Below, one piece after another: positions 12,730 through 26,869 of a stretch of 64,000 nucleotides of DNA. Each line of letters opens with the position of its first letter. The first letter of the stretch is position 1. A program made the translations under genes and the position numbers. Under the pieces are notes generated by a model. That model was not told the DNA's origin. It did not search any database and saw nothing but the letters and a program-made list of their open reading frames with translations. This DNA comes from Eledone cirrhosa (Eukaryota): positions 177,382,001 to 177,446,000 of the forward strand of contig OZ024743.1 in the NCBI GenBank assembly GCA_964016885.1, written 5' to 3'.

Positions 12730-14875
12730 AAGTGGGATTAATGTGGAGAATGTTTTACATATTGTCAGATGATATGAAAGTGGAATTCATGTGGAGAATG
12801 TTTTCCATATTGTCAGATCATATGAAAGTGGGCTTCATGTGGAGTATGTTTTGCATATTGTCAGATCTTATGAAACTGGGATTCATGTGGAGAATGTTTT
12901 CCATATTGTCAGATGTTATGAAACTGGGATTCATGTGGAGAATGTTTTCCATATTTTCAGATGTTACGAAAGTGGGATTCATGTGAGAATTTTTTTCCAT
13001 ATTGTCAGATGTTACGAAAGTGGGATTAATGTGGAGAATGTTTTGCATATTGTCAGATGTTATGAAAGTGGGATTCATGTGAGAATGTTTTCCATATTGT
13101 CAGATGTTATGAAAGTGGGATTCATGTGGAGAATGTTTTGCATATTGTCAGATGTTATGAAAGTGGGATTCATGTGGAGAATGTTTTACATATTGTCAGA
13201 TGTTACGAAAGTGGGATTCATGTGAGAATGTTTTCCAAATTGTCAGATGTTATGAAAGTGGGATTAATGTGGAGAATGTTTTCCATATTGTCAGATGTTA
13301 TGAAAGTGGGATTCATGTAGAGAATGTTTTGCATATTGTCAGATGTTATGAAAGTGGGATTCATGTGGAGAATGTTTTGCATATTGTCAGATGTTTTGAA
13401 AGTGGGACTCATGTGGAGAATGTTTTACATATTGTCAGATGTTACGAAAGTGGGATTCATGTGAGAATGTTTTCCATATTGTCAGATGTTATGAAACTGG
13501 GATTCATGTGGAGAATGTTTTCCATATTTTCAGATGTTACGAAAGTGGGATTCATGTAAGAATTTTTTACCATATTGTCAGATGTTATGAAAGTGGCATT
13601 AATCTGGAGAATGTTTAACATGTTGTCAGATGTTATGAAAGTGGGATTCATGTGGATAATGTTTTGCATATTGTCAGATGTTATGAAAGTGGGATTAATG
13701 TGGAGAATGTTTTACAAATTGTCAGATGTTATGAAAGAGGAATTCATGTGGAGAATGTTTTGCATATTGTCAGATGTTATGAAAGTGGGATTAATGTGGA
13801 GAATGTTTTACATATTGTCAGATGATATGAAAGTGGAATTCATGTGGAGAATGTTTTCCATATTGTCAGATCATATGAAAGTGGGCTTCATGTGGAGTAT
13901 ATTTTGCATATTGTCAGTTCTTATGAAACTGGGATTCATGTGGAGAATGTTTTCCATATTGTCAGATGTTATGAAACTGGGATTCATGTGGAGAATGTTT
14001 TCCATATTTTCAGATGTTACGAAAGTGGGATTCATGTGAGAATTTTTTTCTATATTGTCAGATGTTACGAAAGTGGGATTAATGTGGAGAATGTTTTGCA
14101 TATTGTCAGATGTTATGAAAGTGGGATTCATTTGAGAATGTTTTCCATATTGTCAGATGTTATGAAAGTGGGATTCATGTGGAGAATGTTTTGCATATTG
14201 TCAGATGTTATGAAAGTGGGATTCATGTGGAGAATGTTTTACATATTGTCAGATGTTACGAAAGTGGGATTCAGGTGAGAATGTTTTCCAAATTGTCAGA
14301 TGTTATGAAAGTGGGATTAATGTGGAGAATGTTTTCCATATTGTCAGATGTTATGAAAGTGGGATTCATGTAGAGAATGTTTTGCATATTGTCAGATGTT
14401 ATGAAAGTGGGATTCATGTGGAGAATGTTTTGCATATTGTCAGATGTTTTGAAAGTGGGACTCATGTGGAGAATGTTTTACATATTGTCAGATGTTACGA
14501 AAGTGGGATTCATGTGAGAATGTTTTCCATATTGTCAGATGTTATGAAACTGGGATTCATGTGGAGAATGTTTTCCATATTTTCAGATGTTACGAAAGTG
14601 GGATTCATGTAAGAATTTTTTACCATATTGTCAGATGTTATGAAAGTGGCATTAATCTGGAGAATGTTTAACATGTTGTCAGATGTTATGAAAGTGGGAT
14701 TCATGTGGATAATGTTTTGCATATTGTCAGATGTTATGAAAGTGGGATTAATGTGGAGAATGTTTTACAAATTGTCAGATGTTAAGAAAGAGGAATTCAT
14801 GTGGAGAATGTTTTGCATATTGTCAGATGTTATGAAAGTGGGATTAATGTGGAGAATGTTTTACATATTGTCAGA
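12730..14875. repeat. Tandem duplication, 1053-bp unit (22 monomers minus 3 bp)
   Basis: GATGATATGAAAGTGGAATTC lies at 12768 and 13821. ORF pairs 12791/13844, 13200/14253, 13457/14510 and 13575/14628 are all offset by 1053. Confidence 0.88.
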
Positions 14876-16209
14876 TGTTATGAAAGTGGGATTCATGTGG
14901 AGAATGTTTTGCATATTGTCAAAATTTATGAAAGTGGGATTCATGTGGAGAATGTTTTCCATATTGTCAGATGTTATGAAAGTGGGATTCATGTGGAGAA
15001 TGTTTTACATATTGTCAGATGTTACGAAAGTGGGATTCATGTGAGAATGTTTTCCAAATTGTCAGATGTTATGAAAGTGGGATTAATGTGGAGAATGTTT
15101 TCCATATTGTCAGATGTTATGAAAGTGCGATTCATGTGGAGAATGTTTTGCATATTGTCAGATCTCATGAAAGAGGGATTCATGTGGAGAATATTTTCCA
15201 TATTGTCAGATGTTATGAAAGTGGGATTCATGTGGAGAATGTTTTACATATTGTCAGATGTTACGAAAGTGGGATTCATGTGAGAATGTTTTCCAAATTG
15301 TCAGATGTTATGAAAGTGGGATTAATGTGGAGAATGTTTTCCATATTTTCAGATGTTACGAAAGTGGGATTCATGTGAGAATTTTTTTCCATATTGTCAG
15401 ATGTTATGAAAGTGGGATTCATGTGGAGAATGTTTTGCATTTTGTCAGATGTTATGAAAGTGGGATTCATGTGAGAATGTTTTCCATATTGTCAGATGTT
15501 ATGAAAGTGGGATTCATGTGGAGAATGTTTTGCATATTGTCAGATGTTATGAAAGTGGGATTCATGTGGAGAATGTTTTCCATATTGTCAGATGTTATGA
15601 AAGTGGGATTCATGTGGAGAATGTTTTACATATTGTCAGATGTTACGAAAGTGGGATTCATGTGAGAATGTTTTCCAAATTGTCAGATGTTATGAAAGTG
15701 GGATTAACGTGGAGAATGTTTTCCATATTGTCAGATGTTATGAAAGTGGGATTCATGTGGAGAATGTTTTGCATATTGTCAGATCTTATGAAAGAGGGAT
15801 TCATGTGGAGAATGATTCCCATATTGTCAGATGTTATGAAAGTGGGATTCATGTGGAGAATGTTATGCATATTGTCAGATGTTATGAAAGTGGGATTCAT
15901 GTGGAGAATGTTTTCCATATTGTCAGATGTTATGAAAGTGGGATTCATGTGGAGAATGTTTTGCATATTGTCAGATGTTTTGAAAGTGGGATTCATGTGG
16001 AGAATGTTTTTCATATTGTCAGATGTTATGAAACTGGGATTCATGTGGAGAATGTTTTCCATATTTTCAGATGTTACGAAAGTGGGATTCATGTGAGAAT
16101 TTTTTACCATATTGTCAGATGTTATGAAAGAGGGATTAATCTGGAGAATGATTTACATGTTGTCAGATGTTATGAAAGTGGGATTCATGTGGAGAATGTT
16201 TTCCATATT

Positions 16210-19200
16210 CTCAGATGTTATGAAAGTGGGATTCATGTAGAGAATGTTTTGCATATTGTCAGATGTTATGAAAATGGGATTCATGTGTAGAATGTTTTGC
16301 ATATTGTCAGATCTTATGAAACTGGGATTCATGTGGAGTAATGTTTTCGATATTGTCAAATGTTACGAAAGTGGGATTCATGTGAGAATTCTTTTACCAT
16401 ATTGTCAGATGTTATGAAAGTGGGATTAATCTGGAGAATGTTTTACATATTGTCAGATGTTATGAAAGTGGGAGTCATGTGGAGAATGTTTTGCATATTA
16501 TCAGATCTTATGAAAGAGGGATTCATGTGGAGAATGATTCCCATATTGTCAGATGTTATGAAAGTGGGATTCATGTGGAGAATGTTTTGCATATTGTCAG
16601 ATGTTATGAAAGTGGGATTCATGTGGAGAATGTTTTCCATATTGTCAGATGTTATGAAAGTGGGATTCATGTGGAGAATGTTTTGCATATTGTCAGATGT
16701 TTTGAAAGTGGGATTCATGTGGAGAATGTTTTCCATATTGTCAGATGTTATGAAACTGGGATTCATGTGGAGAATGTTTTCCATATTTTCAGATGTTACG
16801 AAAGTGGGATTCATGTGAGAATTTTTTTCCATATTGTCAGATGTTATGAAAGTGGGATTCATGTGGAGAATGTTTTGCATTTTGTCAGATGTTATGAAAG
16901 TGGGATTCATGTGAGAATGTTTTCCATATTGTCAGATGTTATGAAAGTGGGATTCATGTGGAGAATATTTTGCATATTGTCAGATGTTATGAAAGTGGGA
17001 TTCATGTGGAGAATGTTTTCCATATTGTCAGATGTTATGAAAGTGGGATTCATGTGGAGAATGTTTTACATATTGTCAGATGTACCGAAAGTGGGATTCA
17101 TGTGAGAATGTTTTCCAAATTGTCAGATGCTATGAAAGTGGGATTAATGTGGAGAATGTTTTCCATATTGTCAGATGTTATGAAAGTGGGATTCATGTGG
17201 AGAATGTTTTGCATATTGTCAGATCTTATGAAAGAGGGATTCATGTGGAGAATGATTCCCATATTGTCAGATGTTATGAAAGTGGGATTCATGTGGAGAA
17301 TGTTTTGAATATTGTCAGATGTTATGAAAGTGGGATTCATGTGGAGAATGTTTTCCAAGTTGTCAGATGTTATGAAAGTGGGATTAATGTGGAGAATGTT
17401 TTGCATATTGTCAGATGTTTTGAAAGTGGGATTCATGTGGAGAATGTTTTCCATATTGTCAGATGTTATGAAAGTCGGATTAATCTGGAGAATGATTTAC
17501 ATGTTGTCAGATGTTATGAAAGTGGGATTCATGTGGAGAATGTTTTCCATATTCTCAGATGTTATGAAAGTGGGATTCATGTGTAGAATGTTTTGCATAT
17601 TGTCAGATCTTATGAAACTGGGATTCATGTGGAGTAATGTTTTCCATATTGTCAAATGTAACGAAAGTGGGATTCATGTGAGAATTTTTTTACCATATTG
17701 TCAGATGTTATGAAAGTGGGATTAATCTGGAGAATGTTTTACATATTGTCAGATGTTATGAAAGTGGGATTCATGTGGAGAATGTTTTCCATATTGTCAG
17801 ATGTTATGAAAGTGGGATTCATGTGGAGAATGTTTTGCATATTGTCAGATGTTTTGAAAGTGGGATTCATGTGGAGAATGTTTTCCATATTGTCAGATGT
17901 TATGAAACTGGGATTCATGTGGAGAATGTTTTCCATATTTTCAGATGTTACGAAAGTGTGATTCATGTGAGAATTTTTTACCTTATTGTCAGTTATTATG
18001 AAAGTGGGATTAATCTGGTGAATGTTTTACATGTTGTCAGATGTTATGAAAGTGGGATTCATGTGGAGAATGTTTTGCATATTGTCAGATGTTATGAAAG
18101 TGGGATTAATGTGGAGAATGTTTTATATATTGTCAGATGTTATGAAAGTGGGATTCATGTGGAGAAAATTTTGCATATTGTCAGATGTTATGAAAGTGTG
18201 ATTAATGTGGAGAATGTTTTACATATTGTCAGATGTTATGAAAGTGGTATTCATGTGGAGAATTTTTTCCATATTGTCAGATATTATGAAAGTGGGATTA
18301 ATGTGGAGAATGTTTTACATATTGTCAGATGTTATGAAAGTGGAATTCATGTGGAGAATGTTTTCCATATTGTCAGATCTTATGAAACTGGGCTTCATGT
18401 GGAGTATGTTTTGCATATTGTCAGATCTTATGAAACTGGGATTCATGTGGGGAATGTTTTCCATATTGTCAGATGTTATGAAACTGGGATTCATGTGGAG
18501 AATGTTTTCCATATTTTCAGATGTTACGAAAGTGGGATTCATGTGGACAATGTTTTCCATATTGTCAGATGTTATGAAAGTGGGATTCATATGGAGAATG
18601 TTTTGCATATTGTCAGATGTTATGAAAGTGGGATTCATGTGAGAATGTTTTCCATATTGTCAGATCTTATTAAAGTGGGATTCATGTGGAGAATGTTTTA
18701 CATATTGTCCGATGATATGAAAGTGGGCTTCATGTGGAGAATGTTTTCCATTTTGTCAGATGTTATGAAAGTGGGATTAATGTGGAGAATGTTTTGCATA
18801 TTGTCAGATGTTATGAAAGTGGGATTCATGTGGAGAATGTTTTACATATTGTCATATCTTATGAAAGTGGGATTCATTTGGAGAATGTTTTGCATATTGT
18901 TAGATCTTATGAAAGTGGGATTCATGTGGAGAATGTTTTGCATATTGTCAGATCTTATGTAAGTGGGATTCATGTGGAGAATGTTTTGCATATTGTTAGA
19001 TGTTATGAATATGGGATTAATGTGGAGAATGTTTTCCATATTGTCAGATGTTATGAAAGTGGGATTAATGTGGAGAATATTTTCCATATTGTCAGATTTT
19101 ATGAAAGTGGGATTCATGTTGAGAATGTTTTGCATATTGTCAGATGCTATGAAAGTGCGATTGATGTGGAGAATGTTTTGCATATTGTCTGATCTTATGA

Positions 19201-22200
19201 AAGTGGGATTCATGTGGAGAATGTTTTCCATATTGTCAGATGTTATGAAAGTGGGATTCATGTGGAGAATATTTTCCATATTGTCAGATGTTATGAAAGT
19301 GGGATTCATGTGGAGAATGTTTTGCATATTGTCAGATCTTATGAAAGTGGGATTCATGTGGAGAATGTTTTACATATTGTCATATCTTATGAAAGTGGGA
19401 TTCATTTGGAGAATGTTTTGCATATTGTAAGATCTTATGAAAGTGGGATTCATGTGGAGAATGTCTTGCATATTGTCAGATCTTATGTAAGTGGGATTCA
19501 TGTGGAGAATGTTTTGCATATTGTTAGATGTTATGAATGTGGGATTAATGTGGAGAATGTTTTACATATTGTCAGATGTTATGAAAGTGGAATTCATGTG
19601 GAGAATGTTTTCCATATTGTCAGATGTTATGAAAGTGGGATTCATGTAGAGAATGTTTTGCATATTGTCAGATGTTATGAAAATGGGATTCATGTGTAGA
19701 ATGTTTTGCATATTGTCAGATCTTATGAAACTGGGATTCATGTGGAGTAATGTTTTCCATATTGTCAAATGTTACGAAAGTGGGATTCATGTGAGAATTC
19801 TTTTACCATATTGTCAGATGTTATGAAAGTGGGATTAATCTGGAGAATGTTTTACATATTGTCAGATGTTATGAAAGTGGGAGTCATGTGGAGAATGTTT
19901 TGCATATTATCAGATCTTATGAAAGAGGGATTCATGTGGAGAATGATTCCCATATTGTCAGATGTTATGAAAGTGGGATTCATGTGGAGAATGTTTTGCA
20001 TATTGTCAGATGTTATGAAAGTGGGATTCATGTGGAGAATGTTTTCCATATTGTCAGATGTTATGAAAGTGGGATTCATGTGGAGAATGTTTTGCATATT
20101 GTCAGATGTTTTGAAAGTGGGATTCATGTGGAGAATGTTTTCCATATTGTCAGATGTTATGAAACTGGGATTCATGTGGAGAATGTTTTCCATATTTTCA
20201 GATGTTACGAAAGTGGGATTCATGTGAGAATTTTTTTCCATATTGTCAGATGTTATGAAAGTGGGATTCATGTGGAGAATGTTTTGCATTTTGTCAGATG
20301 TTATGAAAGTGGGATTCATGTGAGAATGTTTTCCATATTGTCAGATGTTATGAAAGTGGGATTCATGTGGAGAATATTTTGCATATTGTCAGATGTTATG
20401 AAAGTGGGATTCATGTGGAGAATGTTTTCCATATTGTCAGATGTTATGAAAGTGGGATTCATGTGGAGAATGTTTTACATATTGTCAGATGTACCGAAAG
20501 TGGGATTCATGTGAGAATGTTTTCCAAATTGTCAGATGCTATGAAAGTGGGATTAATGTGGAGAATGTTTTCCATATTGTCAGATGTTATGAAAGTGGGA
20601 TTCATGTGGAGAATGTTTTGCATATTGTCAGATCTTATGAAAGAGGGATTCATGTGGAGAATGATTCCCATATTGTCAGATGTTATGAAAGTGGGATTCA
20701 TGTGGAGAATGTTTTGAATATTGTCAGATGTTATGAAAGTGGGATTCATGTGGAGAATGTTTTCCAAGTTGTCAGATGTTATGAAAGTGGGATTAATGTG
20801 GAGAATGTTTTGCATATTGTCAGATGTTTTGAAAGTGGGATTCATGTGGAGAATGTTTTCCATATTGTCAGATGTTATGAAAGTCGGATTAATCTGGAGA
20901 ATGATTTACATGTTGTCAGATGTTATGAAAGTGGGATTCATGTGGAGAATGTTTTCCATATTCTCAGATGTTATGAAAGTGGGATTCATGTAGAGAATGT
21001 TTTGCATATTGTCAGATGTTATGAAAGTGGGATTCATGTGTAGAATGTTTTGCATATTGTCAGATCTTATGAAACTGGGATTCATGTGGAGTAATGTTTT
21101 CCATATTGTCAAATGTAACGAAAGTGGGATTCATGTGAGAATTTTTTTACCATATTGTCAGATGTTATGAAAGTGGGATTAATCTGGAGAATGTTTTACA
21201 TATTGTCAGATGTTATGAAAGTGGGATTCATGTGGAGAATGTTTTCCATATTGTCAGATGTTATGAAAGTGGGATTCATGTGGAGAATGTTTTGCATATT
21301 GTCAGATGTTTTGAAAGTGGGATTCATGTGGAGAATGTTTTCCATATTGTCAGATGTTATGAAACTGGGATTCATGTGGAGAATGTTTTCCATATTTTCA
21401 GATGTTACGAAAGTGTGATTCATGTGAGAATTTTTTACCTTATTGTCAGTTATTATGAAAGTGGGATTAATCTGGTGAATGTTTTACATGTTGTCAGATG
21501 TTATGAAAGTGGGATTCATGTGGAGAATGTTTTGCATATTGTCAGATGTTATGAAAGTGGGATTAATGTGGAGAATGTTTTATATATTGTCAGATGTTAT
21601 GAAAGTGGGATTCATGTGGAGAAAATTTTGCATATTGTCAGATGTTATGAAAGTGTGATTAATGTGGAGAATGTTTTACATATTGTCAGATGTTATGAAA
21701 GTGGTATTCATGTGGAGAATGTTTTCCATATTGTCAGATATTATGAAAGTGGGATTAATGTGGAGAATGTTTTACATATTGTCAGATGTTATGAAAGTGG
21801 AATTCATGTGGAGAATGTTTTCCATATTGTCAGATCTTATGAAACTGGGCTTCATGTGGAGTATGTTTTGCATATTGTCAGATCTTATGAAACTGGGATT
21901 CATGTGGGGAATGTTTTCCATATTGTCAGATGTTATGAAACTGGGATTCATGTGGAGAATGTTTTCCATATTTTCAGATGTTACGAAAGTGGGATTCATG
22001 TGGACAATGTTTTCCATATTGTCAGATGTTATGAAAGTGGGATTCATATGGAGAATGTTTTGCATATTGTCAGATGTTATGAAAGTGGGATTCATGTGAG
22101 AATGTTTTCCATATTGTCAGATCTTATTAAAGTGGGATTCATGTGGAGAATGTTTTACATATTGTCCGATGATATGAAAGTGGGCTTCATGTGGAGAATG

Positions 22201-23080
22201 TTTTCCATTTTGTCAGATGTTATGAAAGTGGGATTAATGTGGAGAATGTTTTGCATATTGTCAGATGTTATGAAAGTGGGATTCATGTGGAGAATGTTTT
22301 ACATATTGTCATATCTTATGAAAGTGGGATTCATTTGGAGAATGTTTTGCATATTGTTAGATCTTATGAAAGTGGGATTCATGTGGAGAATGTTTTGCAT
22401 ATTGTCAGATCTTATGTAAGTGGGATTCATGTGGAGAATGTTTTGCATATTGTTAGATGTTATGAATGTGGGATTAATGTGGAGAATGTTTTCCATATTG
22501 TCAGATGTTATGAAAGTGGGATTAATGTGGAGAATATTTTCCATATTGTCAGATTTTATGAAAGTGGGATTCATGTTGAGAATGTTTTGCATATTGTCAG
22601 ATGCTATGAAAGTGCGATTGATGTGGAGAATGTTTTGCATATTGTCTGATCTTATGAAAGTGGGATTCATGTGGAGAATGTTTTCCATATTGTCAGATGT
22701 TATGAAAGTGGGATTCATGTGGAGAATATTTTCCATATTGTCAGATGTTATGAAAGTGGGATTCATGTGGAGAATGTTTTGCATATTGTCAGATCTTATG
22801 AAAGTGGGATTCATGTGGAGAATGTTTTACATATTGTCATATCTTATGAAAGTGGGATTCATTTGGAGAATGTTTTGCATATTGTAAGATCTTATGAAAG
22901 TGGGATTCATGTGGAGAATGTCTTGCATATTGTCAGATCTTATGTAAGTGGGATTCATGTGGAGAATGTTTTGCATATTGTTAGATGTTATGAATGTGGG
23001 ATTAATGTGGAGAATGTTTTACATATTGTCAGATGTTATGAAAGTGGAATTCATGTGGAGAATGTTTTCCATATTGTCAG
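16210..23080. repeat. Tandem duplication, ~3.4-kb unit (offset 3409 then 3457; 71-72 monomers)
   Basis: ORF pairs 16360/19769, 16479/19888 and 17080/20489 are offset by 3409. Pairs 17775/21232, 18734/22191 and 19214/22671 are offset by 3457. Rare variants are shared (GGGAGTCAT, GTACCGAAA, GTCGGATT, ATGTAACG, CTTATTAAAG). Confidence 0.9.
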
Positions 23081-25390
23081 AACTTATGAAACTGGGCTTC
23101 ATGTGGAGTATGTTTTGCATATTGTCAGATCTTATGAAACTGGGATTCATGTGGAGAATGTTTTCCATATTGTCAGATGTTATGAAACTGGGATTCATGT
23201 GGAGAATGATTTCCATATTTTCAGATGTTACGAAAGTGGGATTCATGTGATAATTTTTTTCCATATTGTCAGATGTTATGAAAGTGGGATTCATGTGGAG
23301 AATGTTTTGCATATTGTCAGATGTTATGAAAGTGGGATTCATGTGAGAATGTTTTCCATATTGTCAGATGTTATGAAAGTGGGATTCATGTGGAGAATGT
23401 TTTGCATATTGTCAGATGTTATGAAAGTGGGATTCATGTGGAGAATGTTTTCCATATTGTCAGATGTTATGAAAGTGGGATTCATGTGGAGAATGTTTTG
23501 CACATTGTCAGATCTTATGAAACTGGGATTCATGTGGAGTAATGTTTTCCATATTGTCAAATGTTACGAAAGTGGGATTCATGTGAGAATTTTTTACCAT
23601 ATTGTCAGATGTTATGAAAGTGGGATTAATCTGGAGAATGTTTTAGATATTGTCAGATGTTATGAAAGTGGGATTCATGTGGAGAATGTTTTGCATATTG
23701 TCAGATGTTATGAAAGTGGGATTAATATGGAGAATGTTTTACATATTGTCAGATGTTATGAAAGTGGGATTCATGTGGAGAATGTTTTGCATATTGTCAG
23801 ATGTTATGAAAGTGGGATTAATGTGGAGAATATTTTCTATATTATCAGATTTTATGAAAGTGGGATTCATGTGGTGAATGTTTTCCATATTGTCAGATGT
23901 TATGAAAGTGGGATTAATGTGGAGAATGTTTTACATCTTGTCAGATGTTATAAAAGTGGGATTCATGTGGAGTATGTTTTGCATATTGTCAGATCTTATG
24001 AAACTGGGATTCATGTGGAGAATGTTTTCGACATTGTCAGATGTTATGAAACTGGGATTCATGTGGAGAATGTTTTCCATATTTTCAGATGTTACGAAAG
24101 TGGGATTCATGTGAGAATTTTTTTCCATATTCTCAGATGTTATGAAAGTGGGATTCATGTGGAGAATGTTTTGCATATTGTCAGATGTTATGAAAGTGGG
24201 ATTCATGTGAGAATGTTTTCCATATTGTCAGATCTTATGAAACTGGGCTTCATGTGGAGTATGTTTTGCATATTGTCAGATCTTATGAAACTGGGATTCA
24301 TGTGGAGAATGTTTTCCATATTGTCAGATGTTATGAAACTGGGATTCATGTGGAGAATGTTTTCCATATCTTCAGATGTTACGAAAGTGGGATTCATGTG
24401 ATAATTTTTTTCCATATTGTCAGATGTTATGAAAGTGGGATTCATGTGGAGAATGTTTTGCATATTGTCAGATGTTATGAAAGTGGGATTCATGTGAGAA
24501 TGTTTTCCATATTGTCAGATGTTATGAAAGTGGGATTCATGTGGAGAATGTTTTGCATATTGTCAGATGTTATGAAAGTGGGATTCATGTGGAGAATGTT
24601 TTCCATATTGTCAGATGTTATGAAAGTGGGATTCATGTGGAGAATGTTTTGCACATTGTCAGATCTTATGAAACTGGGATTCATGTGGAGTAATGTTTTC
24701 CATATTGTCAAATGTTACGAAAGTGGGATTCATGTGAGAATTTTTTACCATATTGTCAGATGTTATGAAAGTGGGATTAATCTGGAGAATGTTTTACATA
24801 TTGTCAGATGTTATGAAAGTGGGATTCATGTGGAGAATGTTTTGCATATTGTCAGATGTTATGAAAGTGGGATTAATATGGAGAATGTTTTACATATTGT
24901 CAGATGTTATGAAAGTGGGATTCATGTGGAGAATGTTTTGCATATTGTCAGATGTTATGAAAGTGGGATTAATGTGGAGAATATTTTCTATATTATCAGA
25001 TTTTATGAAAGTGGGATTCATGTGGTGAATGTTTTCCATATTGTCAGATGTTATGAAAGTGGGATTAATGTGGAGAATGTTTTACATCTTGTCAGATGTT
25101 ATAAAAGTGGGATTCATGTGGAGTATGTTTTGCATATTGTCAGATCTTATGAAACTGGGATTCATGTGGAGAATGTTTTCGACATTGTCAGATGTTATGA
25201 AACTGGGATTCATGTGGAGAATGTTTTCCATATTTTCAGATGTTACGAAAGTGGGATTCATGTGAGAATTTTTTTCCATATTCTCAGATGTTATGAAAGT
25301 GGGATTCATGTGGAGAATGTTTTGCATATTGTCAGATGTTATGAAAGTGGGATTCATGTGAGAATGTTTTCCATATTGTCAGATGTTATG
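23070..25390. repeat. Tandem duplication, 1151-bp unit (24 monomers minus 1 bp)
   Basis: AACTGGGCTT lies at ~23090 and 24241. ORF pairs 23339/24490, 23878/25029 and 23931/25082 are offset by 1151. GCACATTG and TTATAAAAG are shared. Confidence 0.85.
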
Positions 25391-26869
25391 AAAGTGGCAT
25401 TCATGTGGAGAATGTTTTGCATATTGTCAGATGTTATGAAAGTGGGATTAATGTGGAGAATATTTTCTAAATTGTCAGATTTTATGAAAGTGGGATTCAT
25501 GTGGAGAATGTTTTCCATATTGTCAGATGTTATGAAAGTGGGATTAATGTGGAGAATGTTTTACATATTGTCAGATGTTATGAAAATGGGATTCATGTGG
25601 AGAATGTTTTCCATTTTGTCAGATCTTATGAAAGTGGGATTCATGTGGAGTATGTTTTGCATATTGTCAGATCTTATGAAACTGGGATTCATGTGGAGAA
25701 CGTTTTCGACATTGTCAGATGTTATGAAACTGGGATTCATGTGGAGAATGTTTTCCATATTTTCAGATGTTACGAAAGTGGGATTCATGTGAGAATTTTT
25801 TTCCATATTGTCAGATGTTATGAAAGTGGGATTCATGTGGAGAATGTTTTGCATATTGTTAGATCTTATGAAAGTGGGATTCATGTGGAGAATGTTTTGC
25901 ATATTGTCAGATCTTATGTAAGTGGGATTCATGTGGAGAATGTTTTGCATATTGTTAGATGTTATGAATGTGGGATTAATGTGGAGAATGTTTTCCATAT
26001 TGTCAGATGGTATGAAAGTGGGATTAATGTGGAGAATATTTTCCATATAGTCAGATGTTATGAAAGTGGGATTCATGTGGAGAATGTTTTGCATATTGTC
26101 AGATGCTATGAAAGTGCGATTGATGTGGAGAATGTTTTGCATATTGTCTGATCTTATGAATGTGGGATTCATGTGGAGAATGTTTTCCATATTGTCAGAT
26201 GTTATGAAAGTGGCATTCATGTGGAGAATATTTTCCATATTGTCAGATCTTATGAAAGTGGGATTCATGTGGAGAATGTTTTGCATATTGTCAGATCTTA
26301 TGAAAGTGGGATTCATGTGGAGAATGTTTTACATATTGTCATATCTTATGAAAGTGGGATTCATTTGGAGAATGTTTTGCATATTGTTAGATCTTATGAA
26401 AGTGGGATTCATGTGGAGAATGTTTTGCATATTGACAGATCTTATGTAAGTGGGATTCATGTGGAGAATGTTTTGCATATTGTTAGATGTTATGAATGTG
26501 GGATTAATGTGGAGAATGTTTTACATATTGTCAGATGTTATGAAAGTGGAATTCATGTGGAGAATGTTTTCCATATTGTCAGATCTTATGAAACTGGGCT
26601 TCATGTGGAGTATGTTTTGCATATTGTCAGATCTTATGAAACTGGGATTCATGTGGAGAATATTTTCCATATTGTCAGATGTTATGAAAGTGGGATTCAC
26701 GTGGAGAATGTTTTCCATATTGTCAGATGTTATGAAAGTGGGATTCATGTGGAGAATGTTTTGCATATTGTCAGATGTTTTGAAAGTGGGATTCATGTGG
26801 AGAATGTTTTCCATATTGTCAGATGTTATGAAACTGGGATTCATGTGGAGAATGTTTTCCATACTTTCA

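Noticed and set aside
24020-24045. CENP-B box at TTTCGACATTGTCAGA variants
   Set aside because: Only TTCG matches. The required TTCG-N4-A-N2-CGGG pattern is absent.
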